A stretch of 64,000 nt of DNA from Patescibacteria group bacterium UBA3531 (GCA_002376885.1 DFOW01000004.1:1018-65017); one strand, 5' to 3'; counted from the stretch's first letter, positions 1 to 9,003 are shown. The notes: generated by a model from the sequence alone, not told the origin. Translations and numbers: made by a program.

Positions 1-363
1 GATATTGAGCATGAATTTGCCTTGTGGAGTGGGTTCAAACCAAAAAGTTGGAGATTTTAGCGATTTTATTTTCCCACTATCAACGAGAAATATAATACGC
101 CCACCATCTACGCTATTTCTCGCCAAGCGGTCGGGATGCCACGCTAAAATTCCTTCTGCTTCACCTCGCTCCACACGCGCAAGCATTTCGTTAAACTGCG
201 GACGCCCTGGCTGTTTGGCAGTCTGCGATTCTCGAAAGGTGTCCACAATGTGCAAATGCTCGCGCGCAGCAAACTCATTCAATTCTACTTCCTGCGCTTC
301 AAGCGATAACACTTGGCGGTCATCTTCATCGGTTGATTTGCGAATGTAGAGGAAGTAGTTCAT
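1..363 (-). CDS. Serine recombinase, N-terminal catalytic domain (runs off the window edge; probably a large serine recombinase)
   Basis: Manual translation from ATG at 363: MNYFLYIRKSTDEDDRQVLSLEAQ...ESQTAKQPGRPQFNEML...ILAWHPDRLARN. Contains the Y-x-R-x-S catalytic motif and the DRLxRN motif. Not in the ORF track. Confidence 0.9.
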   Translation of the reverse strand, partial: MNYFLYIRKSTDEDDRQVLSLEAQEVELNEFAAREHLHIVDTFRESQTAKQPGRPQFNEMLARVERGEAEGILAWHPDRLARNSVDGGRIIFLVDSGKIKSLKSPTFWFEPTPQGKFMLNI

Positions 364-580
364 AGCTTTTGGTCATTTAAAAATTATTGCTGCAACTTTC
401 GCGATAGCGAAAGAAAAAAGATTGGCTCACTGCACGAATCTGCAGAATGTTCGAAGAACATGGAACCCGCTTTTGCGGGATCGCGCGCTTCTGATTTCGT
501 GGCAAAACCCCTGGAAAATCCTCGCGGATTTTCCGCTCCCTGTCGCCGTAGGCGACCGAGATTCTGCCTCTTGTTCTGAC

Positions 581-887
581 TGGCTCCGCGGGCAGGACTC
601 GAACCTGCAACCAATACGTTACATCGATCCTATTGTTTCTAATAGGGATGGACTATATCATCATCCTTCCAATTATGATTAGGATGCAAGGCGCTTCGAC
701 CCCAAAATTGGGGGCTACTCCCGTAAGGGATAGTCTCTGAACCTTCCAAATAAAATCTGGCTTGGCTGCTGATTACCATCGTCTTCACGTTACGGCTTCC
801 AGCAATTCACCTTGTTTTTCAACCTACGTTTCCGTAGAAAGCTGCGTATCGCCACAGCGTACTGCTCTACCATTGAGCTACCGCGGA
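581..887 (-). tRNA. tRNA-Asn(GUU) interrupted by an intron between anticodon positions 35 and 36
   Basis: 5' exon 887-854 TCCGCGGTAGCTCAATGGTAGAGCAGTACGCTGT joined to 3' exon 621-581 TAACGTATTGGTTGCAGGTTCGAGTCCTGCCCGCGGAGCCA gives a cloverleaf with loop CT-GTT-AA, G73 and encoded CCA. Confidence 0.92.
622..853 (-). ncRNA. Group I self-splicing intron, 232 nt, no internal ORF evident
   Basis: The exon ends in U, which pairs with G in P1 (GCTGT/GCAGC). The intron ends in G. R element GTTCAGAGACTA and S element ATGATATAGTCC form P7. Confidence 0.9.
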
Positions 888-1041
888 ATATATTTGGTTC
901 TGAAAAGAACGCTGTAACAGCATATCAAAAAAGACCCATCCTGAAAATCCCCTACCTTTGGTTTGAGTCTTGTCTTACCATAGGTTCCTCTCGACACACA
1001 CTTCATGCCAAATATTTAGTGAAATTAAAGAAAACAAAAGA

Positions 1042-1398
1042 CTATTCATCTTCCCTCAAAATCTTTTCCATCTCCTTCCCTCTCGCAAGTTCGTCAATTA
1101 GTTTGTCTAAGTAACGAATCTCTCGCATCTTTTTCTCTTTTATATCTTCTACCCTAATGCCGCACACCATGCCTTTAATTAGTTTTCTTTTGGGGTTTAG
1201 TTTTGGGGCCTTTTTAAAAAAGGTTTCAAAGTCTGTTTCTTTTTTTAATTGGGTCTCCAGTTTTTTGGGAGTATATCCTGTTAGCCAGTGAATAATCTCA
1301 TCAACTTCTTTTTTAGTTCGTCCCTTTTTCTTCGCTTTATCAACATAAAGCGGATACACGCTCGCAAAACTCATTGTATAAATACGATGCTTTTTCAT
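1042..1398 (-). CDS. DUF2200 family protein
   Basis: [34 protein letters not shown]...[11 protein letters not shown]...[15 protein letters not shown] matches the family pattern. Confidence 0.85.
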   Translation of the reverse strand: MKKHRIYTMSFASVYPLYVDKAKKKGRTKKEVDEIIHWLTGYTPKKLETQLKKETDFETFFKKAPKLNPKRKLIKGMVCGIRVEDIKEKKMREIRYLDKLIDELARGKEMEKILREDE

Positions 1399-1407
1399 AC
1401 CCCTATT

Positions 1408-1980
1408 TTATTCAAACAAGCTCCAGAACCTCCTATAGAGCGAGGGGGCTGGTGCATTTTCTTCTGGGTTTTCGTCTTCAAGGGTGTAGCGTTCCCGGCT
1501 CGGCGCATCTTCGTACGTATCAAAATATTCCTCGGCATTATCGGCAGTTTCTCTAAGCGACGGCGTTGCATCCTCTACAATATCAACCGAATCGCTGACT
1601 GTTTTTGGTGAAAAACCGCCTGTGAGCCCCTGGAAGACTGCATCAAGCCAGTCGGTGAACCTTCCCCATGCCGAAGGTGAGTCGTCCTCCTCTTCTTCGC
1701 TTTCTTCTTTAGGAACAATACTCTCACCATCTTCATCGTGTGGAAGAATGGTAACAATACCGTGCCCACAACCATCTGGAGCAGGATCGGGCACACCATT
1801 TAATTCTCCGTGATAATGAACATCATCACAATTTTCTCCATGACTTAAGCTCGTATCAGCTAAAGGTACCACCTGCCCAGCAACCATTGCTTCATGATCA
1901 GCGAAAGCGGTGTTTAAAAATAGAAAAAGTGCTATGGCTATAACAAACAATGTGTAGGAGATTTGTTTAGCTAATGTCAT
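1408..1980 (-). CDS. Secreted acidic hypothetical protein
   Basis: Signal peptide ending AFA; His/Cys motif HGENCDDVHYHG...CGHG; -10 box TATACT just upstream of the ATG. Confidence 0.65.
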   Translation of the reverse strand: MTLAKQISYTLFVIAIALFLFLNTAFADHEAMVAGQVVPLADTSLSHGENCDDVHYHGELNGVPDPAPDGCGHGIVTILPHDEDGESIVPKEESEEEEDDSPSAWGRFTDWLDAVFQGLTGGFSPKTVSDSVDIVEDATPSLRETADNAEEYFDTYEDAPSRERYTLEDENPEENAPAPSLYRRFWSLFE

Positions 1981-2078
1981 ACATTAAGTATACTCTAGGA
2001 TCAAAATCGGCAAAACAGAAACGTACCTGATAAAAACGCTTTTGTTTCTATCAAAGATTCGTATAGTTATAGATACAC

Positions 2079-2360
2079 ATGGGAAGAAAGATATTACGTA
2101 TTGGAATAATCACACTACTGTTACTACTAATACCCTTCGTGGCAATGCAATTTACTGATGAAGTTGTGTGGGATTTTTCTGATTTTGCCATCATGGGAAT
2201 ACTCCTTTTTGTAACAGGAATTATTTTTGAATTAGTACGAAGCAATATAACCAATAAGGTTGCTCGAACAACGGCAGGTGTTGTAATCATCCTGCTCTTT
2301 TTACTCGTTTGGGCAGAGCTTGCTGTTGGAATTTTTGGAACTCCGTGGGCAGGCTCTTAA
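2079..2360 (+). CDS. Small membrane protein with about 3 TM helices
   Basis: Hydrophobic helices; LLLIPFVAMQFTDEVVW...WAELAVGIFGTP looks like a conserved pattern. Confidence 0.75.
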   Translation: MGRKILRIGIITLLLLLIPFVAMQFTDEVVWDFSDFAIMGILLFVTGIIFELVRSNITNKVARTTAGVVIILLFLLVWAELAVGIFGTPWAGS

Positions 2361-2366
2361 ACTTCC

Positions 2367-2705
2367 TTACTTTTGAGGATTGTATTTAATTTTTTTAGGT
2401 ACACCCTCCAGTAAATCTTCTGCTGTCATTTCAAGCATTGATGCAATTTTTAAAACAGTGGCAAGAGCACTTAGTGTAATATCTTTTGCTTTGTCTTTAT
2501 CAAAATCTGTCCCATGTTCGTACGCCTCGCACACCGAAGCTAATTTACCTGCTGATTTTGAAAGGTGTCTCGAGCTATGAGAAATAATCTCGTAATCCCA
2601 CCTTTCTTTAGGTAGGTGTCTTAATTTCCAATACACCTCCTCATCGCACCAAAACACTTTATCTATAAGATCAATAAGTTCTTGAAGATTTTTTGGATCC
2701 TTCAT
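2367..2705 (-). CDS. Hypothetical protein, possibly all-alpha NTP pyrophosphatase (MazG-like) fold
   Basis: Helical protein with HLSKSAGKLASVCEAYEH; family assignment tentative. Confidence 0.5.
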   Translation of the reverse strand: MKDPKNLQELIDLIDKVFWCDEEVYWKLRHLPKERWDYEIISHSSRHLSKSAGKLASVCEAYEHGTDFDKDKAKDITLSALATVLKIASMLEMTAEDLLEGVPKKIKYNPQK

Positions 2706-2756
2706 AATTACATCCTACCACAGGCCTTTATTACAAGATTATGCTATACTCACCCC

Positions 2757-2924
2757 ATGCACAAAGTTAAGGTTGAACAACACACGTTTACGGGAGGCAT
2801 GTGGTTTGTTGCATGGCTCTTTACCATTGGCTACCTACAGCTAACTGCTGGAAAAGCCATCCTTGCAATTATTTTGTGGCCCTATTATTTAGGAGCACAC
2901 TTTAGCCCATTACTCGTAAGCTAA
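2757..2924 (+). CDS. Small membrane protein, 55 aa
   Basis: MHKVKVEQHTFTGGMWFVAWLFTIGYLQL...WPYYLG; TGCTATACT 6 nt before the ATG. Confidence 0.7.
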   Translation: MHKVKVEQHTFTGGMWFVAWLFTIGYLQLTAGKAILAIILWPYYLGAHFSPLLVS

Positions 2925-2931
2925 ATCTATT

Positions 2932-3132
2932 ATGAAGACACTAAAATGTGACCTGTGCGACCATGAAGCACAGGGAGAAACTTTTGAAGCATGGATGAAC
3001 GCCCTTAAACCCCATTATGCAGAGGCCCATGCTGATTTTATGAAAGAAAAGGGAGACATGTCTCCAGAAGAACAGCAAAAAGCTATGCAAATATGGATGG
3101 AAGAGAATAAAAAACGATTTGAAGACGCATAA
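2932..3132 (+). CDS. Small Cys/His protein, DUF1059-like
   Basis: CDLCD...HYAEAH putative metal-binding motif. Confidence 0.6.
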   Translation: MKTLKCDLCDHEAQGETFEAWMNALKPHYAEAHADFMKEKGDMSPEEQQKAMQIWMEENKKRFEDA

Positions 3133-3143
3133 TTATAATCCAT

Positions 3144-3494
3144 ATGAAGAAACTTATTGTTATCTATTACGCCAACAAAGAAGCGCAAGCCGAAATGGAA
3201 AAAAGTGGCAATCAAAGTGAAGAAGATATAAAAAAGGCCATGGAACCATGGATGGAGTGGGCAAAAGCTTGTGGAGATAACCTTGTCGACCTCGGTACTC
3301 CCTTGGGCGGTGGTAAAAAAATTACCAGTTCAGGAAGCGAAGCAAGCGAAAAAGGAGCAGTAGGTTACTCTATTTTACAAGCAAACAGCATGGACGATGC
3401 AGAAAAGATGCTTCAAAATCATCCTCACACATCATGGAATGCAGGGTGTTCCATTGAGGTTTATGAAGCAATGCCTTTACCAGAATTAAATTAG
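3144..3494 (+). CDS. YCII-related protein
   Basis: WMEW...LGTPL...GYSILQANSMDDAEKML.NHPH...IEV pattern. Confidence 0.7.
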   Translation: MKKLIVIYYANKEAQAEMEKSGNQSEEDIKKAMEPWMEWAKACGDNLVDLGTPLGGGKKITSSGSEASEKGAVGYSILQANSMDDAEKMLQNHPHTSWNAGCSIEVYEAMPLPELN

Positions 3495-3500
3495 ATTATT

Positions 3501-3626
3501 ATGGCAAAACGAGCAACAGGAATTGAAAAAACAAAGACATCAAGGTCTAAAAAAACAAAAAAACGACTTGCTGCAAAACGAGAAATGCTAAAGAAAAAGG
3601 CAGAAAAAAGAAGCAAGCGAAAATAG
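3501..3626 (+). CDS. 41-aa Lys/Arg-rich peptide
   Basis: MAKRATGIEKTKTSRSKKTKKRLAAKREMLKKKAEKRSKRK; last ORF of the run, followed by a terminator-like hairpin at about 3633-3659. Not in the ORF track. Confidence 0.6.
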   Translation: MAKRATGIEKTKTSRSKKTKKRLAAKREMLKKKAEKRSKRK

Positions 3627-3695
3627 ACTATGAAAAAACTCTCCTTGTGGGAGTTTTTTCATGATATGATTTCCTCATAATCTAATAGATAATCT

Positions 3696-4133
3696 ATGGC
3701 AAAAAAAGTAGAGCTAAAAACAAAGAAGAACAAAGCAAGTGTCTCTGGGTTTTTAAATAAAATTAAAGATCCTGAAAAAAAGAAGGACGCAAAAAAAATT
3801 GTCTCAATCATGAAAGAGGTTACAAAAGAAAAGCCAACCATGTGGGGTTCAAGTATTGTTGGTTTTGGAAACTATCATTTTAAATATGCATCCGGACGTG
3901 AGGGAGATTGGATGATTACCGGGTTTTCTCCTCGATCTCAAAACCTAACCGTATACATCATGCCGGGGTACTCATTCCCTGAATATAAAGCTCTTTTAAA
4001 AAAGCTAGGGCCACACAAACTTGGTAAATCCTGCTTATACATTAAACGTCTTGACGACATTCACATTCCAACCTTAAAAAAGCTGATTGCCCGTGGGTAC
4101 AAAGACATGAAAACCGAGTATAAACAAAAATAA
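3696..4133 (+). CDS. DUF1801 domain protein
   Basis: MWGSSIVGFGNYHFKYASGREGDW...GFSPR...GKSCLYIKRL. Confidence 0.85.
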   Translation: MAKKVELKTKKNKASVSGFLNKIKDPEKKKDAKKIVSIMKEVTKEKPTMWGSSIVGFGNYHFKYASGREGDWMITGFSPRSQNLTVYIMPGYSFPEYKALLKKLGPHKLGKSCLYIKRLDDIHIPTLKKLIARGYKDMKTEYKQK

Positions 4134-4717
4134 TGAAGAAACGTTGCGCATGGCCAGGCAATAACGAACTTATGCTTGCCTACCATGATACCGAATGGGG
4201 CACCCCACAAACAGACGACAACATTTTATTTGAATACCTTTTACTTGATTCGTTTCAAGCAGGGCTCTCGTGGCAAATTATGATTAATAAACGCGAGAAT
4301 TTTAGGAGTGCATTTGATGATTTTGATGCTAAAAAAATCTCTAAATACAGTACTGTCAAAAAGCGATCGCTCTTAAATGATCCCGGAATTGTCCGCAATA
4401 GACTCAAAATAGAAGCTGCTGTCTCTAACGCAAAAGGGTTCTTGGAACTTCAAAAAGAATTTGGAAGTTTTAGTAATTATTTGTGGAGCTTTGTGGACTA
4501 CCAACCCATTCAAAATAAATGGAAAACCTTAAAACAAATCCCGACAAAGACTCCCCTTTCAGACACCATAAGTCGTGATCTAAAAAAACGAGGGTTCAAC
4601 TTTGTTGGCTCAACTATTATTTACGCCTTTATGCAGGGCTGTGGCATGGTAAATGACCATACAACCGACTGCTTTCGATACAAACAAGTCGCTAAAAAAC
4701 GAGTCAAAAAGACTTGA
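4133..4717 (+). CDS. tag: DNA-3-methyladenine glycosylase I
   Basis: RCAW, YHDTEWG, FQAGLSW, GMVNDHTTDC motifs. Confidence 0.93.
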   Translation: MKKRCAWPGNNELMLAYHDTEWGTPQTDDNILFEYLLLDSFQAGLSWQIMINKRENFRSAFDDFDAKKISKYSTVKKRSLLNDPGIVRNRLKIEAAVSNAKGFLELQKEFGSFSNYLWSFVDYQPIQNKWKTLKQIPTKTPLSDTISRDLKKRGFNFVGSTIIYAFMQGCGMVNDHTTDCFRYKQVAKKRVKKT

Positions 4718-4742
4718 CTTTTTAAAAAGACTATAGTACTAT
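4714..4742 (+). promoter_or_regulatory. sigma70 promoter of the cold-shock gene, giving a long 5' UTR
   Basis: TTGACT-17 nt-TACTAT, about 90 nt upstream of the ATG at 4834. Confidence 0.6.
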
Positions 4743-4833
4743 ACCAACATCAATCTAGTGCCACAGAGAGGACAGTCGAGACCATCTTAGGGTAACGTAG
4801 TTTGAAATATTAAAAGAGTTACACAAAATCGAA

Positions 4834-5034
4834 ATGGCAAAGGGCGAAATCGTCCGATTGACTGATCGAGGATTTGGGTTCATTAAGCCAGAAGGAAGCG
4901 ACAAAGATCTTTTCTTTCACGCTAACGAACTTGAGGGAGTTGAATTCAACGACCTTAAGGAAGGTGACGCAGTTACCTTCGAGGAAGCACAAGGCGACAA
5001 AGGACCTAATGCTACGAAAGTTAGTCGAGCATAA
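4834..5034 (+). CDS. csp: Cold-shock protein
   Basis: RNP1 RGFGFI and RNP2 LFFH; ends KGPNATKV. Confidence 0.93.
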   Translation: MAKGEIVRLTDRGFGFIKPEGSDKDLFFHANELEGVEFNDLKEGDAVTFEEAQGDKGPNATKVSRA

Positions 5035-5036
5035 GT

Positions 5037-5076
5037 AAAACAAAAACACTCCGGACTCCCGGAGTGTTTTTGTTTT
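5037..5076. terminator. Bidirectional intrinsic terminator
   Basis: AAAACAAAAACACTCCGG-actc-CCGGAGTGTTTTTGTTTT perfect inverted repeat between convergent genes. Confidence 0.85.
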
Positions 5077-5082
5077 ATATCT

Positions 5083-5235
5083 TTACGCTCTAGATTTTTT
5101 AAAGCAGTCTCTACAGGTAAGTTGATCCATTCGGGCAGGATCTGGTTCAAACGGAAGTTCTTTAATGTCTCCCCCGCACTTGCCACACTTCCAGTCTCCT
5201 TGAAACATTTTCCTCTCCCCTTGTTCGTACGCCAT
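5083..5235 (-). CDS. Small zinc-ribbon protein (CxxC...CxxC), 50 aa
   Basis: MAYEQGERKMFQGDWKCGKCGGDIKELPFEPDPARMDQLTCRDCFKKSRA. Not in the ORF track. Confidence 0.85.
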   Translation of the reverse strand: MAYEQGERKMFQGDWKCGKCGGDIKELPFEPDPARMDQLTCRDCFKKSRA

Positions 5236-5268
5236 TTTTGATTCTTATTTATTAGTAACTTCGATTGA

Positions 5269-5703
5269 TTATACCTTAGGCTTCTTTTTTACCAAACCCT
5301 TCCCATTACACATTCCACACCTGCATCCATGGGGTTTGATTAAGTCTTCAAAATACTCTTTTCCGTAATTATATGAGAGCTCTTCTCCAGGGTGAATTTT
5401 GCGTCGTGTATAAATAAAAAAACGTTTTCCATCTTGCTCGACATAACAATTGGGCTTGCATGAATGATTGATATACCGAGCAGTATTTTGCCTACCGGTT
5501 CCATCAATCGTCCATTTTCTATCTATTTTAAACAGATACTTCCCGCTTTTTTTATCAGCTTCCTCTTCATTTAAAAGTGGTCCGTAATACTCAACCACAT
5601 AATCCCCCCTTGGGATTTCATTTACGGCATAAAGGCCAAGCCCCGCGCTCGATTTACCTACTCGGAGTTTATGTTTGCCAATCCGTGGATATTTATATGC
5701 CAT
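5269..5703 (-). CDS. SET-domain protein-lysine methyltransferase
   Basis: GLGLYA, ARYINHSCKPN, GEELSYNY and post-SET CRCGMC. Start placed at ATG 5703 after TGCTATAGT. Confidence 0.9.
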   Translation of the reverse strand: MAYKYPRIGKHKLRVGKSSAGLGLYAVNEIPRGDYVVEYYGPLLNEEEADKKSGKYLFKIDRKWTIDGTGRQNTARYINHSCKPNCYVEQDGKRFFIYTRRKIHPGEELSYNYGKEYFEDLIKPHGCRCGMCNGKGLVKKKPKV

Positions 5704-5728
5704 AGGAAGTACACTATAGCACACAAGG

Positions 5729-6037
5729 TTATTTTCTTCCCCATCTGTCTTTGTCTCTTCCGTGACACTTATCCATTACACGTTTAAATCCTTCGTCAAG
5801 ATCTAAATCAAGAGAATTAGCAAGACAACATAATGTAAAGATTATGTCAGCCGCCTCGTCTTCAAGCTCTTTAATGTCCTCTGTATCCTTTTTCTTTTTT
5901 GGACCAAACCGGTGATTTATCTCGCGCGCAAGTTCTCCTGTCTCTTCAGTCAGTCGTGCCATTATTTCGAGAGGTTTCCAATACCCTATCTTAATTTGTT
6001 GTACCCATTCTTCTACCTCTTTTTGATGTTCCTTCAT
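5729..6037 (-). CDS. MazG-like nucleotide pyrophosphohydrolase (YpjD type)
   Basis: RLTEETGELAREINH...EDEAADIIFTLCCLAN. Confidence 0.88.
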   Translation of the reverse strand: MKEHQKEVEEWVQQIKIGYWKPLEIMARLTEETGELAREINHRFGPKKKKDTEDIKELEDEAADIIFTLCCLANSLDLDLDEGFKRVMDKCHGRDKDRWGRK

Positions 6038-6076
6038 ATGCCAAGCATATCATAGAAATATGCTATACTCTCCCTC

Positions 6077-6220
6077 ATGGAATTATCCAAAGAGGAATTG
6101 GCAAAACTACTAAAAGAGGCCGAAGCTGCCCATGCCGAACACGAAAAAGAGCTGGGTAAACGAGACGACGCATGGCCCACATGGTATGCCAACTACATTG
6201 TTAATAAACTAAACGAATAA
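6077..6220 (+). CDS. Small hypothetical protein, 47 aa
   Basis: MELSKEELAKLLKEAEAAHAEHEKELGKRDDAWPTWYANYIVNKLNE; TGCTATACT 7 nt upstream. Not in the ORF track. Confidence 0.7.
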   Translation: MELSKEELAKLLKEAEAAHAEHEKELGKRDDAWPTWYANYIVNKLNE

Positions 6221-6252
6221 ATACTATAAAGACGGGGGTCCACAACGGCTAA

Positions 6253-7089
6253 TTATTTGTCTCCATACACAAGGGCACTTGCCTCTTTTACAATGTTTCC
6301 GGCAATTGCCTCGTTGATTTCGTATTGCTTAATAAGCTCTTGGGCAGAGTGAGGAACAATGTCCTGTGCGAGCATCATATTAAATTTAGCGAGCTTTTGA
6401 AGTGAATCTTTATCTATTGAAGGAAGTACCGTAACAGGGTACAAAACATGCTCGCTAATAATTTTAGCGAGACTATCTTTCCCTGGGTAATCCCACCCGG
6501 TCATTTTAATGCCTCTACACTTGCCGTACGTGATTGCCTTACTGGTAAACTTAGTGTTGGTGATGAGCCACATTGAGTGTGTTGCTTGTTCTCGTTCTTT
6601 TACCTCTTGCAGGCGATAAATATCTTCAAGACGGGCATCTGCATACATAGTGGTATCAATATGAATTTTTGCACCTCGCATATTATGATATTTTGCTTCA
6701 ATTAAATAATGATTACCGTCCTTTTTTGCGATAACATCTATCTCGTGAGGAACACACTCACCTTCCATCATTACATTTCGTTTTGTCGTGTACCCCATGC
6801 TTTTAAGTATGACCTCTAGAAATTGTTCAAATAAAAAGCCAGCAGGACCAAGTTCCCGCATTCCTTTTTTTAAATTGTAACGGCCCGCAACATAAAGGTT
6901 CTCTTTTACCAAGTACTGTGAAGCGCGACGAAAAATTTCGGACGTTGTCACTCCTGGCTCAAGCTCTTTCTCTACCGTAGAACACACCGTCCCAACTAAT
7001 TTCTCGGGAGCACCAGCGTCTCGCAAAGATGAACAAAACTTATCTTTACTAAAATTTTCCTCTTCTCCCGTGTCTTTTATGACTTTCAT
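6253..7089 (-). CDS. ATP-cone plus Mrr-like PD-(D/E)xK nuclease domain protein
   Basis: N-terminal VIKDTGEEENFSKDK (ATP cone); GFLFEQF, EIDVIA, IEAKYH, ITNTKFT. Confidence 0.8.
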   Translation of the reverse strand: MKVIKDTGEEENFSKDKFCSSLRDAGAPEKLVGTVCSTVEKELEPGVTTSEIFRRASQYLVKENLYVAGRYNLKKGMRELGPAGFLFEQFLEVILKSMGYTTKRNVMMEGECVPHEIDVIAKKDGNHYLIEAKYHNMRGAKIHIDTTMYADARLEDIYRLQEVKEREQATHSMWLITNTKFTSKAITYGKCRGIKMTGWDYPGKDSLAKIISEHVLYPVTVLPSIDKDSLQKLAKFNMMLAQDIVPHSAQELIKQYEINEAIAGNIVKEASALVYGDK

Positions 7090-7553
7090 GAAAGCTCTTC
7101 AATATCATTTAGTACTTCGTCTGCATGTTTTTTAGGAGTCACCTTCTCATAAATCCGTGCGATCTTCCCTTTCGGGTCAATAAGATATGAGTTACGAAGC
7201 GTGCCCATATATTCACGCCCCATGAACTTTTTCTTCCCCCATACTCCATACTTATTTACCACTTTTTTATCTTCGTCAGAAAGAAGTGTAAACGGTAACT
7301 TATATTTATCTTTAAACTTTTTATGACTTTTGACAGGATCTATACTTACTCCAAGAACCGTAATTCCCTTTTTCTTAAAATCTTTATATGCATCTTTTAT
7401 GGTAACCGCCTCAACTGTGCAGCCGGGAGTGTCATCTTTTGGGTAAAAATACAAAAGAACCCATTCTCCTTTATAATCAGAGAGTTTATGTGTATCTTCG
7501 TTTTCGTCAAGAAGTGAAAACGCTGGTGCTTTTTGTCCTTCTTTTAGTTTCAT
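7086..7553 (-). CDS. bcp: Peroxiredoxin Bcp
   Basis: LYFYPKDDTPGCTVEA. Confidence 0.93.
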   Translation of the reverse strand: MKLKEGQKAPAFSLLDENEDTHKLSDYKGEWVLLYFYPKDDTPGCTVEAVTIKDAYKDFKKKGITVLGVSIDPVKSHKKFKDKYKLPFTLLSDEDKKVVNKYGVWGKKKFMGREYMGTLRNSYLIDPKGKIARIYEKVTPKKHADEVLNDIEELS

Positions 7554-7554
7554 A

Positions 7555-8568
7555 CTATTTATTTACTACATTAATTGGTTTTCCTTCTTTAAAACTTTTT
7601 AGATTTTCTACGGTTGTATCAACAATGCGCTGAAGCGCTTCTTTAGTATTAAAAGCATTGTGAGGAGTAACGATAACATTAGGAAGATCAATAAAAGCAT
7701 GGTTTGCTAAAAGAATTTTTAGACTCTCTCCTTTTGGGTGGCCTGTTGCAAGAAATTCAAGCTCATCACGAATTACACCTTCCTCTTCAAGAACATCAAG
7801 GCCAGCGCCGGCAAGTTTTCCGGACTTAAGTGCTTCAACAAGTGCCTCTGTCTTAACAATAGGGCCACGACTGGTATTTAAAAGTACGGCACCGTCCTTC
7901 ATTTTTGCCATGGTCTCTTTGTTTAAAAGATGATGTGTGCTGTCATTGTGCGGAATATGGAGCGTCACTATGTCAGCAAGAGCTAAGACCTCTTCAAACG
8001 ACTTACATTCAACATTAAACTCTTCTGCACACTTAAGGTCTGGGTTAGTATCGCTAGCAATGATATGCATATCAAATCCTTTTGCAATCTTGATAACATT
8101 TTTACCAATCGTCCCCATTCCAATAACACCAAGCGTTTTCCCTCTTAGGTCAAAGCCAGTCATGTCCTCGGGACTAAAAATCCCCTTCTCCCGAAGCCTG
8201 TCGTAGGACTCATAGATTCTTTTACTTAACGTTAAAAGGAGCGCAAAGGTGTGTTCTGCAACAGTGTTTTCTCCATATGAAGGCACATTTGAAACAACTA
8301 TCCCCTTTTCTTTCGCGGTAGCAATGTCCACATGGTCAAACCCAGTTGAGCGAGTAGTTATGTATTTTACGTTCGGAAATGCTTCTATAACTTTTTTTGA
8401 AACACGCGAGTTTACAAAGGTGGAGATTGCGTCATATTCGCTCGCATCCTCGGGAATGCTTTCATCATTTAAAACACCGTCGATAAGATCGATGGTAATT
8501 CCTTCTATTTGATTGAGAGTAAAATATTCTCTGTCAGAATCCTTTACATTAAAGTAAGCGACTTTCAT
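7555..8568 (-). CDS. D-2-hydroxyacid (D-lactate-like) dehydrogenase
   Basis: RSTGFDHVD, GVIGMGTIG, LNTSRG, TPHNAF. Confidence 0.9.
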   Translation of the reverse strand: MKVAYFNVKDSDREYFTLNQIEGITIDLIDGVLNDESIPEDASEYDAISTFVNSRVSKKVIEAFPNVKYITTRSTGFDHVDIATAKEKGIVVSNVPSYGENTVAEHTFALLLTLSKRIYESYDRLREKGIFSPEDMTGFDLRGKTLGVIGMGTIGKNVIKIAKGFDMHIIASDTNPDLKCAEEFNVECKSFEEVLALADIVTLHIPHNDSTHHLLNKETMAKMKDGAVLLNTSRGPIVKTEALVEALKSGKLAGAGLDVLEEEGVIRDELEFLATGHPKGESLKILLANHAFIDLPNVIVTPHNAFNTKEALQRIVDTTVENLKSFKEGKPINVVNK

Positions 8569-8592
8569 ACAGCGTATTGTTTTGTTTTTACC

Positions 8593-9003
8593 TTAAAGAT
8601 CAGGGCTTGCAAGCCATTCAAGGGCTTCTTTTTTTGAGTCAAACGCTTTAAAGTTATTTCGTTCAGCAAGTGCAAACACGGTCTCTTCAGCAAGTTTAAT
8701 AAAAGTACTCGCTCCAAAGGTCGCTGTCTTTCTAATATAGGGCTTGTCATCCTTTAAAACATCTGCAATTAAAGAAACTACTTTTGGGCTATAACTTGTA
8801 AAGTTGGACAGATCAACAAGGGCGTTTATCATTTCTCCTTTTTTATTATAAAGATCTACTGCAAGCTCATGAAGTTTTTCTAAAAACTCTCCGAGTTCTG
8901 CCACTTCTTCATCGGTTGAAGAGCTTGCAAGCTTTACATCGATAATATTCCCCTCAAGAACATCGGCCGTATGCCGTCCTCCAACATTTATTGATTCTTC
9001 CAT
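8593..9003 (-). CDS. SpoIIAA/STAS-SEC14-like protein
   Basis: ALVDLS...KTATFG...FKAFDSKKEALEWL. Start placed at ATG 9003. Confidence 0.65.
   Translation of the reverse strand: MEESINVGGRHTADVLEGNIIDVKLASSSTDEEVAELGEFLEKLHELAVDLYNKKGEMINALVDLSNFTSYSPKVVSLIADVLKDDKPYIRKTATFGASTFIKLAEETVFALAERNNFKAFDSKKEALEWLASPDL

Noticed and set aside
377-1114. ORF-track calls 377..610, 384..614 and 812..1114 as proteins
   Set aside because: They overlap the tRNA exons or the intron and show no protein features. The intron is too short to hold a homing endonuclease.
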